Below, piece by piece: positions 35,673 to 49,518 of a stretch of DNA of 64,000 nt; positions within the stretch are counted from its first letter, which is position 1; each line of letters opens with the position of its first letter. The notes beneath the pieces are model-generated. The model ran no database searches, was not told the DNA's origin, and saw nothing but the letters and a program-made list of their open reading frames with translations. The stretch comes from Lama guanicoe (lineage: Eukaryota): positions 400,934 through 464,933 of the forward strand of contig MU053520.1 of NCBI GenBank assembly GCA_013239625.1, written 5' to 3'. A program made the position numbers and the translations under genes.

Positions 35673-38236
35673 ATAACAAAGAGGAAGACTAAAGATACAT
35701 CAAGGGTAAGGAAGTTGTATGAATAAAGCTATGGAGCTAAAAAAGGTGATATATTTGGAAGGAAGGATTTAAAGAAATATCCAATTGTAAGCAACTCTAC
35801 AGTGTGGCCATATTGGAAATACAAGACTATGAATTTGATGTCTTATATTAGACCGAGAGTGAGACAGTTACTGATATAAGTCCACATATCCATAACTTGC
35901 AGTATTATGATCACCATTTATTATGTTTAGGAAAGGGGAGTACTATAAATGAATCATAAAAGACAGAATTATTTAGACAGGAAATCATTTTTGTAATATC
36001 TGACATTTAAATATTCTCAGGAAAAAATTCTCAAGTTGGATACTTTAAAACAATGTTTTTCCTTAAAAAGTGCTTGTTTGACTGAGTTAATCATTTCTCT
36101 GTATTACACACAGTTCCTAGACTGGGAGAGAGTTGGGAACAATTTTATAATTACAGAAAACTGTCATTACACATTGTTTCACAAACAAGCGCATATTTTC
36201 TGTAGAGGCTGTATTAGAACCATTTTTGAATCCAACTAGACTTCCAATAATACAGAACTGTTCTACTCACAAATTAGGAAACTCTGATATGTAGAGCTGA
36301 CGATTGCCCTCAGAAACAAGCTGCACAGAATGCACCTCATGGAGAAAAAGATGCAGAGGTAACACTTTCCCATCACATCTCATTTTCTAATTTTAGCTTA
36401 GAAAGTTAAATGTTTTTAATCAGGTAAATGAGCATGAATATCATGGTGAACAACATGAGGTTTTGTTATAAAATTAATCTATCAATTAATCAGATCTCTT
36501 CACAAAATAACATCTCTATTGATGTCTAAAGGAAAATCCAGGCAAAGACAAGTCTAACAGATTTCACACACTCACACATGAACATATGCAAAAATCATCC
36601 TCTTATACTAGTAATAAACAAAATAATGTTTGTATTTTACAGTCTTATTCTTCATCAGGTAGTGTACTTATCAAGGAATAGTTGACTTGATATGAATGTT
36701 TCTGTGGTCTATGAATTGAATCTTCTGTGAATGTGACAGATTTCAAAATGAATCAGCTGCAGACAGTCATCACTTTATTTCATTTGGTGTTCTACATTGT
36801 ATATTTTAATTCCAAAAGTAAATGAATATTCTCTTCTCAGAAACTGAAACAAAGGAGGAATTCAAGTAGGACATATGGCTATATTATCCATTTCATCTTT
36901 CATCTAGGGTGAAAGGCAAATTTTGTATGATTTTACTTAGTTTAGGGAAATAATGAGGGGGCTATAATTTTCAATTGTGTATACTTCCCAATAAAAAATA
37001 TGTTAACAATCCAGTGTTCTAGGCATCAGCTCTGTATTTGTAAGAAAAAACATAAACTCTAAGTTTAGTGAGTTTTATAATCTGTAGACAGATACAAGCT
37101 TAAAACCAAGCGTCAATGAATACTTCATGGGAGTTCCATTTTTCCTATGACCAGGTAACAAAGTAACATAATTAATCTGATTTGTTACAGAACAGAGAGT
37201 TAAAGTCAAAATTTAATTTCTCTCAATCAATGCAAATATGTATTTCAATGCTGGTTCTGTCAGGTGCTGAGTGATAAAGATATGCAAAATCTGGCCCTTA
37301 TCCTTTAGGAATTTACTGTCTAGTGATGAAAAACCAACAATTAGAGCACAATGTTATCAATGTTATGATAGAGGAATATATAAAACACATGTATGTCTTG
37401 TTTTTAAAGCCTGTAAGTATTCTCTGCTTAAGTAGAAAACATAACATGGACTACTGTTGTGAATACTACACAAAGACATTTGACCTCCTGTCTGTGACAG
37501 GGATATCAACAGAAGAATATTTTTCCTATTTGGAGCCAGTATTATTCCTCTGTGCCAAGCTGCTGCAGTCATGCCAGTCATCCTCTGCTGTCTGTTGCAC
37601 TCTCCACATGGTCTGATTATTCAGTATTCCCTGCTGATCTGGGAAGGACCCTCTTGTCCACCTGAGAATCACTGTCCATTGCATGGGTACCAAGCTTATA
37701 TGGCCCAGTATGCCTAATGTCTGTACTTACTCTTTAGTAAAAAAGCACTTTCAAGATTTTTTTTTCAGGTTAAATTCCCAAGGACTCAGAAGGCATACAT
37801 CGGAGAAAACCATCTCAGAGACAGATTCCAAACTACTTTCTGTCTTCAATAAATAGAATATTTCTGTAAGTCCAACATAGTCTAAGAATCTGTTTTTCCT
37901 ACATTTATTTTCCTTACAGAGGCTGTCTTGCTCCCTATCTCAGAATGGATTATTTTCAGGCCCATCACACCAGACTTCTAGACATGCTCAGATATACTTG
38001 ATCCTCAAGTGAGTAAGTTGAGAGTTGGGCTGGGATTTCTCTTTAGTGCCCATCAACATTCACATATACTCACTCATCTTCCAGGAAACCTGTCGAATTA
38101 TTTAGTCTAAATGTTCACAAAATGCATTTTTACCCACTGCTACTTACTTTCTTTCCTCCAAAGAAAAATGGGGCCCATTTCAAATATAGTGCATTTTCAC
38201 CAACAGTATAATATTTATGCTTTAAGAAACAACAAA

Positions 38237-39902
38237 GGGGCTGAGCCAAGCTGGTGGAGTAGAGAGACTCAGAGCTCACCCTCTCCCACAAATACACCAA
38301 GAATTACATCTACAAACCCACTGAATTATACAGAACACCTACTAAAGTCTGGCAGAGTACCTCTTACTTCCAAATACAGGAAGATTCTCACAAAATAAGG
38401 TAAGAAAAAAAGAAAAAAATTGGTGCAGTATTGGTCCTATGGGGAAGGAGAGGCAGAGACAGAGGAAGAAAGGCACCCTGACACTGGGATGCCCCCTCTT
38501 CTGCCAGGAGGTCAGCAGGGAGTCTTGGAGGAGAAAGTGACAGCCACTTGGCAGACAGAACTAAGGGAAACTGACACAGAGTGGTCCCTAAGATCCCCAG
38601 CTCTAGGTGCAAGCTGGCAGGGATAAGGTGGGACTGGCTGCTGGAGATTGGTGAGGAGCTCAGGCAGAGGGCAGGGGCTCACCGCAGAGGCAGCCACAGG
38701 AGACTGGAGGACAGTGTGATCTCTGGCTGGGGGTGTGTGCAGAACAGAACAGCCTGGGGACCCCATAAAAACACTTTTGGTATGTGCGTGGGGAGGGGCA
38801 CAACACAACTGTGCCATAGCCTCTTTCTCACTTGGTTCCAATGTTGCTATGTTCTCATGAGAAAAGAGATGAGGCTTGGTCATAGCAATCACTGCTGCAT
38901 GGAGGCAGGACTGAAAGTTGAATCCACACCCAGTGGCCTGCAGCTTCAAAAGCAAGACTGATATTTGTTTACAGCCTCAGACAGAGAGGGCAGATTTGCT
39001 CTCTTTGGCCCCTTTGTGGACCCACACCTCTGAGATGAACAGGCAGTGAGCTGAGTTCTGACACATGGCAGGGGTGAACATGGGTATTTACAGCAGACCA
39101 GCATACCTTACTTTATGTGGGGGATGGCTAGCATTTGCACTGACCCTGTGACACACTGAAGATTCAGGTGCATGACTGCACACTTGCTGTCATGTATTCT
39201 AACACCTGACATTGATGGATCTACACTGGTGGTTCCTGGAGCTCAGAGCCCAGGGGACACCAAAGCAGGTGGCTGACATTCCTGCAGCTAAGGACGGGGA
39301 CAAAGGCAATATCAACAAAGAGTACTTTGTAAGCTCACATAACAATTAACAGACAACATCACAGAGGGCACTTTCCAGGGGACATCTTGTGTCAATGCTT
39401 CTTCCCAGCTGAAGCACTCCAGCCCTGTCTACTACATACCACAGCTCAGAAGCAGGTCTAGAAGCCTATATTTCAGCAATAGGAGAGCAGACCAGGCTCT
39501 CAGACCATCAAGGCTGTGACAACCACAGAATGAAAAAGGAGGCCAAGCTCAACAACAACAACCAGGGCAGCCTCTGAACACCACTACACCAACCACACCC
39601 CCAATCAAAGGGCTAACAGCCAACATTAATGGAAGAAAGACATGGCAAAAATCCATACTAAGAACAGCCATTGCAACAAAACAATTAGATGCACACAGTC
39701 CACACATGAAAGCTCCCATTTTAAATAAAAACAAACAAGTTAAAAGTAACACAACCCTTTGAGGCCACAATAGATAACTGATACTCCTAAATTCATAAAA
39801 CCAGAGAAATGTAAGTAAAATGAAGGAGCACACAATTAAAAGAATAAGAGAAATCCCCTGAAAGAACAATCAATTAAATAAATCTTGATAGTCTACTAGA
39901 TC
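38237..39902 (+). mobile_element. L1 5'UTR plus first codons of ORF1, truncated at an ERV LTR
   Basis: Start GGGGCTGAGCCAAGCTGGTGGAGTAG after an endonuclease-type site (ttt/aagaaa); colinear with the reverse complement of 12810-14464; ORF1 ATG at 39820. Confidence 0.92.
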
Positions 39903-40402
39903 TATACTGACTCCATATTAGATCTGTTTCTTTGGCTTTAACCCTGAGCCCTGTTTTCTAGGCTTAGTCTTGCTAGCTCTTCACCTTTTACAAAACAATG
40001 TTGCGTTTAACCTGAAATATACAGGAAGGCGTATTCTCAGGGCTTTGACCTTTAAGGCTATTAACATTTTTGCACTTATTTAAAGATAACAAGTTGCAAA
40101 ATGGAAAATAACATTTGTTTTTTTGGAGGTTTACAGGGGCATGGTGATCTGACCCATGTGGACAGCTGCAAGAACAAAGAATTCCTACATCAAGAAGTTT
40201 GCAACCAACCACATCCCCTCCCCTTTTTAGTATAAAAGGAGCCTGAATTTGGACTTGAGTAAGATGGTTCTCCAAAACATTAGTCTGCTATCTTCTTGGT
40301 CTGCTGGCTTTCCAAATAAAGTCGCTATTCCTTGCCCCAACACCTCATCTCCTTATTTATTGGCCTGTCATGTGGTGAGCAGAATGAATTTGGACTCAGT
40401 AA
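39903..40402 (+). mobile_element. ERV1-type solo LTR, ~500 bp, with eroded termini
   Basis: Terminal inverted tactga...tcagta; TATAAAA at 40231-40237; AATAAA at 40315-40320; no TSD visible. Confidence 0.8.
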
Positions 40403-41689
40403 TTAACCTATAGAGCTACTTTGAGCATTAAATTGAGTTAATATTTGCTACAGGTGCCTGGTAAGCATTCCATAACTGCTAGTCATGATTCAGTTTCAGT
40501 TGGTAAATAAATGTATCATTACACTGGAATCATTTATGTTTATTCTGATGCCTTAGCCTAAACAGAGAAATTGTAGTTGTCATATTCTAATATTTAATTT
40601 CTATGTTTAGTAATTGGGCACAATAAGCAGTGGGGTTTTTTGACACTGCATGTCCTATCAATCCAGAAAATCTCCAGGTTCATTTGAAACTGGATACCTT
40701 CTGTTTTGAGGAGGCATTTCATCTTTCAGGGTTGTACTTTAAGAACAGAGATATTCCTTTATCCCATACTAGCAATGTTATATTGAGCACACTTGATTTG
40801 GGTCAAGGCTCATAATCTTAGCATTAAATTTATCCAGCTATCTGACTTCTTCTAGTGTAGGGTACAGTTCAATGGATAATAATTGAGTGTCATCTTGGGG
40901 AAGAAAAATTGTGGAAAAGGCACATAACCATAAGCCGTTTTAAGTCCAGGCTTATCAGAACATTGTCCACATCCACCAAACAGTTCCAAGTAATTGTGTA
41001 TTGTTTGGGGTTTTCATGATCTGTCTGTCAGGAATCATTTAATTTGAATAATTATTTATAGCATATTATCATTTATAACTATATTACCATATTTTGCAAG
41101 TGACACAATCGTGACCATGCTTTCTGAATCCGCACACTAAGACTTCACATATCACAGCAGCCCATATTGTGCTAGCTTGAGGTTAAATGTTATACCCATA
41201 TCACAAAAATCATGTTAGCATTAACTTCTTCATGTTTTATATTGGCTAAATCCATTTTATTACAACCTGTCAAATTACACTTATTATTTTTCCTGGGATC
41301 ACACTCAAGGAAAAGTTTAATTAGGCATATTAAATAAATAAATATTGTCTCCTAAGTGATTTACTTTATTATGAATGATATACCATTAGGGGTGAAGGAT
41401 GGAGGTGAAACAGATGCCCAGGGCAGAGGACAAGTGTTACTTTATCTTAGCCATCATTAAAAGCATCTATCTATAGCATCTTTGATAATAAACTATAATA
41501 AAAAATATAAAAACTTTTAACAGATATTCATTAAATGAATTTTTATTAAAGGTTGATTTTTCTTAAGTCATCTAGAACTGAAATCAACCAATTAGCTATC
41601 TCCTTAAATTCTGATTGATGCTTCATAACTCACAGATACAGAACTTGTTTTAGACTTCTGCCAAGACAAAATGATAATTAACAGAGAGA

Positions 41690-42360
41690 ATGAAATTTAT
41701 TGAGACACAAAATTGCAACCATTTTAAATATGCAGTTTAGTGAGTTTTGACAAATTTGTATATCCATGTAACCACTCCTAAATTAAGATATATAACGCTT
41801 ACAAAATTTCCTTGTGTCCCTTCCCAGACAACCTTTCCTCATCCTCAACCCAAGAAAACACTGCTTCGCTTTCTGTCCCTGCATATTACTTTTGTCATTT
41901 CTAGAATTTATATAAGTTGAATCATATAGTAAATAAGTTTTAACTCTGGCTTTTTTTTTTTTTTGCTCAATATGGTTTTCAATTCCTTTATGTTGCTGCA
42001 TGTGTCAGTAATTGGTTTTTTTATTGTTAAATAGTATCCACTGTATGCATATATTACAATTTGTTTATCCATTCATCAATAAATCAACATGAAGATTGTT
42101 CCCCATTTTGTGTTATTATGAATAAAGAGCTACAAATATTTGTGCACAAGTCTTTTCGTGGGTATGCTTTCTCAGGTTTTTTTTTTAAACACCTAGTGTT
42201 GCTGTGTTGTATGATAAATATAGGCTTAACCAGTTTATAAAGAACTGACAGTGTTTTACAAAGTGGCTGAACCATTGTGCAGTCACATAAGTAGAAATAA
42301 ATAAAATGTATGAAATTTCTAGCTGCTATACACCCTTGTCAACACTTGGCATTGCCATTC
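41690..42360 (-). mobile_element. L1ME-type 3' end, host of the next element
   Basis: tttattgaga...gtgagttttgacaaat...catgtaaccact...atttgtttatccattca...cccttgtcaacacttgg. Confidence 0.8.
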
Positions 42361-43855
42361 TTTTATTGAAGTATAGTTGATTTACAATGTTGTGTTAGTA
42401 CCAGGTATACAGTAAAGTGACTCAGTTATATTTGTATATTTTTCAGATGTTCTGTTCAAGGTTATTGCAAGATACTAAATGTTGTTCCCTGTGTTATACA
42501 ATAAATCCTTGTTGTTTATTTCTTCTATAGATGGTAGTGTGTATCAGTTAATCCCATACTCCTAATATTTCTCTCCCTTTCCCTTTTGGTAAACATAAGT
42601 TTGTTTCCTATGTTTGTTAGTCTGTTTCTGTTTTGCATATACATTCATTTGTATTATTTTTTTGGTTCCACATCTAAGTGATATTATATAATATATTTTT
42701 TCTCTGACTATGTCACTTAGAATGGTATTTTCTAGGTCCATTCATGTTGCTGCATATGGCAATATGTTGTTATATGCCTGAATAATATTCAAGTGTGTGT
42801 GTGTGTGTGTGTGTTTGTGTGTACACACCAGATTTTCTTTATCCATTTATCTTTTGATGAACACTTAAGTTGGTTCCATGTCCTGGCTATTGTAAATAGT
42901 GCTGCTATAAACATTTGGGGTACACATATCTTTTCCAATTAAAATTTTCATCTTTTCTGGATATATGCCCAGGAGTAGGATTGATGGAACATATGGTAAC
43001 TCCATTTTCAGTTTTTTAAGGAACCTCTATACTCTTCTCCATAGTGGCTGCACCAATTTACATTCCTACAGTGTAGGAGGGTTCCCTTTTCTCCACATCC
43101 TCTGCAGCATTTATTTGTAGACTGTTTGATGCCAGCCATTCTGACCAGTGTGAAGTGACACCTTATAGTGATTTTGATTTGCATTTCTCTAATAATTAGC
43201 GATGCTGAGTTGTGCTTGTTGGCCATCTATATGTATTCTTTGGAGAAATAGTTATTTAGATATTTGGCCCATTTTCTAATTGAGGTTTTTTGTTGTTGTT
43301 GTTGCTGTTAAGTTGTAGGAGTTGTTTGTATATTTTGGAAATTAATTCTGTCAGCCACATCATTGTCAATTATTCTCTCCCACTCTGCAGATTGTCTTTT
43401 CATTTTGTTTATGGTTTCCTTTGCTATGCAAAAGCCTATAAGTTTAATTAGGTTCCATTAGTTTTTCTTCTTTTATTTCTTTTGCCTTGGGAGATTGATC
43501 TAAGAAAGTATTGCATGGTTTGTCTCAGAGAATGTTTTGGCTATGTTCTCTTCTAGGAGTTTTATGGTGTTGTTCTTATATTTAGATCTTTAAAACATTT
43601 TGAATTTATTTTTGTATGTGGTGTATGGGAGTGTTCTAATTTCACTGACCTTCATGAGGCTGTCCAGCTTTCCCAACATTCACAGAGGTGTTTGTGTTTT
43701 ATTTCTGGGCTCTTTTTTCTGTTCCATTGATCTATATGTCTGTTTTGGGGTAAATAACATGCTGTTTTGGTTACTGTAGCTTTGTAGTATTCTCTGAAAT
43801 CTAGGAGGTTTATGCTTATAGCTTTGTTATTTTTTCTCAGAATTCTTTTGGCAAT
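42361..43855 (-). mobile_element. 5'-truncated artiodactyl-type L1 nested in an older L1
   Basis: ORF 43008-43226 ([22 protein letters not shown]); probable TSD ttgccattctttt (42352-42364) / ttgtcatcctttt (43856-43868); internal (TG)n at ~42793-42822. Confidence 0.92.
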
Positions 43856-44609
43856 TTGTCATCCTTTTTAATTTTAAATGAAGATCATTTTTATTGCAAT
43901 TTAAAGATATTCAGTAAATAATTGAAATACAGACTGGTAAGCAAGTCTAAGAATATCTGATTCTATATTTTCTAAGTCCATGTTTGTTGATCTTTTCACC
44001 ACTTTGTGCTACTTTTCATTTTATTCCTTTTCTACTTGATTGTTTTTAGAAGGATATACATTATCAAAATGCATACTTTAATAGATTTTTTTCCACTTCA
44101 AAGTAAAACTTAATAGCTTTTAACATTATTTCAGCTACTTTCAAGCTCATGCTGACATGTTTGTGCAAATGAAGTCTATAATATTAAGCCCAAATAATTT
44201 TCCCAAATTATTTTCCAGGTAAGTAATTACTATCTGATGTCTATTTGTTGCTGTTATAGTTGTTGTTGAGCACAGTAAGCCCCCAGTAATAAATAGTATT
44301 AAATGTATCTTCTACAAATTGTTTACATATGCCACATTCTAAAGAGGAGCTTTAGCAGTCTTCTTGTACAAAGTTTATACACATTTTTAAGGACAAAGGC
44401 GAGAAACTGCATCTCTGCCCCAACTCCATATATGCAAATTAGATTCTGATTCAAGAGCTTTGTGATATATACTATAAGTGAAATGGCATGATATCAGGAA
44501 ACCAAAGACTTGGCTTGACTTGGATTCTGGGCTCAGTTCCACTTGTGGTTGTGTTATTTAACCTTTCTCTTCTCTTTCTTTGTAAGTGTTCTGCCAGGCA
44601 CTTTACACA

Positions 44610-44991
44610 TTTTCCTAGGTTAGGTTCCCGGAAGCACTCAGTTGGGAATACCTTTGCATGCTTCCTTAAAGGGATGCTCACAGGTATACAGATAAACAAA
44701 TAAAGGAAATTGGGATAAAGAAAATGGAAGAAATCACACAAGAATCTAGAATGTAAACTGAACCTTAGAGTCTCTCTTACCTTGAGTCAAGAGAACAGGT
44801 CTCTTTTAACCCTCCTCCCTGCCCAAAGCATCATTTACCACAGACATCTTCCAGATAGGTGGCTTCAGCTGCCCAAGGACAATTCTTAGAGGGGAGGACC
44901 ATTTTTGACAGCACTAACAGAAGCTGAGAGATGAGTATGCTAACAGAACTAATGCTATGGGATCTCATGGGGCATCAAATGCTTCTCTCAC
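44610..44991 (-). mobile_element. Old ERVL/MaLR LTR (LTR16- or MLT1-like)
   Basis: aggttaggttcccggaagca start and ggggcatcaaatgcttctctcaca end recall the reverse complement of these consensuses. Confidence 0.45.
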
Positions 44992-47084
44992 ACTTATATT
45001 ACCTAATTCCATTTTCAACACATTGTTTATATCTGACCCACTTTTCATGAGAGTAATTGAGTAATTAAGGAGGCTAAACAAGGTGCCTGGAGGTTACCTG
45101 ATCAGTCAATAGCAGTGCTGGAGTAACCACACCTATTGTACCTTCTTTCAATATAGCCCCAAGTAATCAACTGAAAAAATATAGATTTACCACCTAAGAA
45201 CTAAAATTGTTGACAGATTATACTGATAACATCATTAATACCAGTTTTTATTTGAAAAATATGCTTCACTGATCTGATTCAACTGCTATTACAGGGACCC
45301 CATTTCCAACCACTGAAGTCTCTTGAATACTTTCTTTAAGCCCCACTTCAGCATATCAAGCATACTCTTTATTAAATACTTTACTATCTGGGCTTACCCT
45401 TTTCCTACCTTACCCCTTTCTGTAATGCTATCTAGAGGAGTTTCTTCCTCCTCTGGATGTAACCTCTCTTACTGTTAAGACTTCTCAAATCTATGCTTTT
45501 GTTTTTATTTTTAGTATAACAATCTTCTATGGCCAGTACTAAGGGCTAGAGAATTTCTCTACTGTCCTGTGTTCAGCTCTTCCTTCAAACAGACAGTACT
45601 GTTGTAGTTGGAAATATACGCAGGGACAAGTGCATGGCATAGTGTAGTGCAAGTCAAAGATGCACTGATGCACAATTACAAGTATTTGGGTTATAAACAG
45701 ATCTTGACTTGTATTTGCAATTATCCTTTCATTGAAACTTAAACACAATGCCTAAAACATAAACAGAGAAAAAAGAACCAAGGTAGGCTTTAAGACTCAC
45801 CTAAGCCAGTGATTCTAATATATGTGGTTGCTCTTTGGAATACTGTACTACTTTGATTTATTACATAAGGACTACCAAAGGAAGTTCATAAATTTGCATT
45901 TTCTAAGGACTGCATTTTTAAGTTAAATGAGCAACTCTGTGTACCAAAAAAAAAACTTTCTTTTTTATTATAGCCTTCTCGCTATGCCTCTTAGCTCAAC
46001 AACTCCATAATAAATGCACTCCATATTAGATTTATTTCAATTTGAAATATACACTCTCTGATGCCCAGCATACTATAATACAGGACTGAATCAGAAAATA
46101 ACACAATAATTAAGAACATCAGTTCTGGAAAAATTACTGAATGCATTCATATACTTCTCCTATTGTATACTGTCTAGTGTGCATTGGGCAAACTACTTAA
46201 CCTGTCTGAGATTCCATATTCTCATCCTTAATATGGCCTAAATCATAACACCTACCTTGTTGGATGGTTGTGAAAAGAAGTGAAAAGTGTAAAGAATATG
46301 GCCTGGCACTTGGAAAGTGCTCTCTAAATATTAGTCATTATTATTTCCATTACAAATAGAAAGTGTTCTTAAGTAATGAGGGTAAGAGCATAATTTATAG
46401 AAAATCAATGGATATTGGCTGCTAGATCATGCATCGATATATAATCTGCAAACAATGGAGTCTGATATTTTGTTTTCACATTTGAGAGACACTAGGGCAG
46501 AAAAGTAAATGTCAAATATTAGAATAGACTATGACTTACATTCTTTATCTAGAAAAGAAGGGACTTGGTGAGAAAAATCAAATAGGAAGAGAAATTTGTA
46601 GAACTATAATAAAATATACAAATTAAACTACAAAAACAAGTGTTTTTATATTTTTACAGTGTGATTTTGACATGCTCAGGTATGCACTTAAAAAAAGCTT
46701 GGAGCTAGAAAATAGCTACATTACATACTGGTTACTCACAGTAGAAGAGAACTCCTAGCTTTACAAGAGAATTTAACAAAGGAAATTTCATTAAACTAAT
46801 TTCAACTAAATTGAGGCTGAAATGAAATGCAAAACAAGGAATAGTAATTTTATTTTAAAAGTATAGCAACCATGGATTATTTGAACATTGTAACATAGTA
46901 TAAGTACATAAATTTACTTTTATTTCAAAAAACACTAACATCCTGAAAAATACTGCCTAATAATTTTCAAATGTAAAATGTGTCTAGAAGAAAAATACTT
47001 TAGTTTGTACTTTGCACTTCCAGTGAAATTAAAGGAAGCACAGTTTCCAAAAATTAAATGACATGGCAATCAAAAAAATATAGT

Positions 47085-47705
47085 ATTAAAAGAGAAAAAA
47101 ACTGTAACTTTACAGTTGGAGAAATCTATCAGATACCAGCTTAACCAAGAGATAAAGTTTAACAAAGTAACATCGCCAGCCATCATGCTGATATTAAAGG
47201 ACTCTCTAGCATGTTGTCCTGAGAACACTATTTACCTCTGTGGATTTACCCCCAACCCCAGAAAATCACAGAACCATTCTAATTATAAGAAACTATCAGA
47301 CGAACCCAAATTGAAGGTCATTCTATAAAATACTTGATTAAGTGTCTTTAAAAGGGTAATAATTATGAAAAACAAGAAAGACTGAGAAATTGTCAAGAGT
47401 GGAGCAGACTAAGGAGTCATTGCAACTAAATGTAAGCCTGAGTTAGATTCTAGAATAGACAAAAAGGACTTAGTTAAAAACAAATAAAAACCTAAAATTT
47501 AGTAGAAAAGCTGGCAAAAATCTAAATGAAGCCCTTAAATTGTTAGCAGTGTCATACCGATGTTAATTTCTTAATTTAGGTCCATGTATCATGATCATGT
47601 AAAATATTAATATGATGGGAAGATGGGTGAAATATATACTCAACAGTAATTTTGCAACTTTTCTGTGAATCTGAATTGATTTCAAAATAATAGTTAAAAT
47701 TTTTA
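47085..47705 (+). mobile_element. L1MC4/L1MD-type 3'UTR
   Basis: gtaactttacagttggagaaatct...cttaaccaag...cccaaattgaaggtcattcta...ttttgcaacttttctgtgaatct. Confidence 0.7.
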
Positions 47706-47709
47706 AAGA

Positions 47710-48745
47710 TACGACATGGAGGAAAATACTGTGACTCTGAGTTAGGCAATGTTAGTGGGCATCAAAACCCAAAGTGTACAAACAGAAAGAAAAACTGATG
47801 AAATGGACTTTATTAAGACTGAACAATTTTCTCTCTTGAAAAATAGTTAAGAAAATAAAAAGATGATCCATAGACTAGGAAAAATTTTTGGTAAAACATA
47901 TACCAAACAAAGTTGTGCAGAATATGTAAGAATATCTTATGGTTGAGAGAGTATATATGCAAAAAACATTTAAACACACACTTCACAAAAGAAGATATGC
48001 AGATATACAAATAATTAATGAGCACACATCAAGTTGCTCAAAATCACTAGCCATCAAGAAAATGCAAATTAAAATGACATGAGATGCCGGTAATACTATA
48101 ATGGCTAAAGTGAAAAGAAACTGATAATATCAAAAATAGGCTAGGATGTAGGGAGATTGGAATTTTATATATTGTTAGTGGGAATGCAAATGGCACAATC
48201 ACTTTGGGAAAAAAGTGTGAAAGTACTTTGAAGTTTATCATGCATCTTTCATATGACCAAGTAATTATCATCCAACAGAAATAAAATGTATCCATTCAAA
48301 GATGTGTCTGTGAATGTTCATCACACTACTTGCTATTGCTATAAATTGGGAAAAACATGAACGTCTTTGAACTGGTGAATGGATAAGCAAATTGTGGTTT
48401 ATTTCTACAATGGAATGCTACTTAATAATAAATTAAATATTTATGGACTGAATAACATGGAAAGTCTCAAAAACATTATGCTACCAGAAAGTAGTTAAAT
48501 ATAAAAGATTATGTGCATGAATCAACTTATATGAAGTTGTAGAAAATATAAAACTGTAGTGACAGAAAGCAAATCAGTATTGCAAGGGGTTGGAGATGGG
48601 AAAGAGATTTTAGTGCAAACTTTTCAGAACAATTGGACTATTCCACAGCTTAATTGTGGTAGCATTTATATAACTGTATATGATGATCAAAATATATAAA
48701 TATGTATGCATAATTTTTATAAAAATGTATTGTATATAAATTAAA
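47710..48745 (+). mobile_element. L1ME-type ORF2 end and 3'UTR
   Basis: cacttcacaaaagaagatatgcagat...aaatgcaaattaaaa...ggtgaatggataagcaaattgtgg...aaactgtagtgacagaaagcaaatcagt. Confidence 0.8.
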
Positions 48746-49039
48746 AGTTAGCAATCAAAAAAGAGAAATAAGAATGTAAAAAACCTCCCAAGAAAATTAA
48801 TGAAATGTAAGCTATCAAACAATAAAGTGAAAAGAACTTAAATCATAAAAATATTTACAAGTTCCATAAGGAGAAAAGTAACTTCAGGTAAGCATTTTCA
48901 GGGTTTTCTCAGTAAAGTCATGATATCAGTTTCATATTCCTGCAAGTATTTTGACATCAGGATAGTTGTGGACATCAAATATCATGTTCTCATGTACTTC
49001 TATAAAGTACATGTTCTCGTGTAGGAAGGAGGAGGGGCA

Positions 49040-49518
49040 TATATTGGCGTCTTATTGATGCCATAACAAATAATCACAAATCTAGTAGTCTAAACACAAA
49101 CTATTATTCTGTAGATAAGAAATATGACATAGATTTAGCTATGCTAAAATCAGATTTTGGCTGGCCTGCTTTCTTTTCTGGAGGTTCTTAGGGAGAGACC
49201 TTTTATTTGTTCCATCTTCTAGAGGCCACCTGCATTCCTTGGCTCATGGCCACTTCTTCCATCTTCACAACCAGGAATGCAGGTTGAATGCCTCTAACAT
49301 CATGCCTCAAGGACCCTTCATCTATTTTCACATTTTTCTCTGACAACAGCCAGGAAAGTTCATCTGATTTTAAAGACTCTTATGATTAGATAATTCATAT
49401 CAAAGGCATACCTTTAATTATATCTGCAAAATCCCTTTTGTCAAGTAAAGTAACACATTCATGTGCTCCAGAGATTGGGGCAGGGCCATCTTTGGTGGAT
49501 CACTATTCTGCCTACCAC
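49040..49518 (-). mobile_element. MaLR LTR (MLT1C/D-like)
   Basis: gccataacaaataatcacaaa...ttctagaggccacctgcattccttggctcatggcc...tattctgcctaccac (reverse complement of the TGTGGTAGGCAGAATA start). Confidence 0.8.

Noticed and set aside
38512..38961. Overlapping 126-147 aa ORFs (similar ones at 13902-14277)
   Set aside because: They lie in GC-richer L1 5'UTR, and the frames are not preserved between the three local copies.
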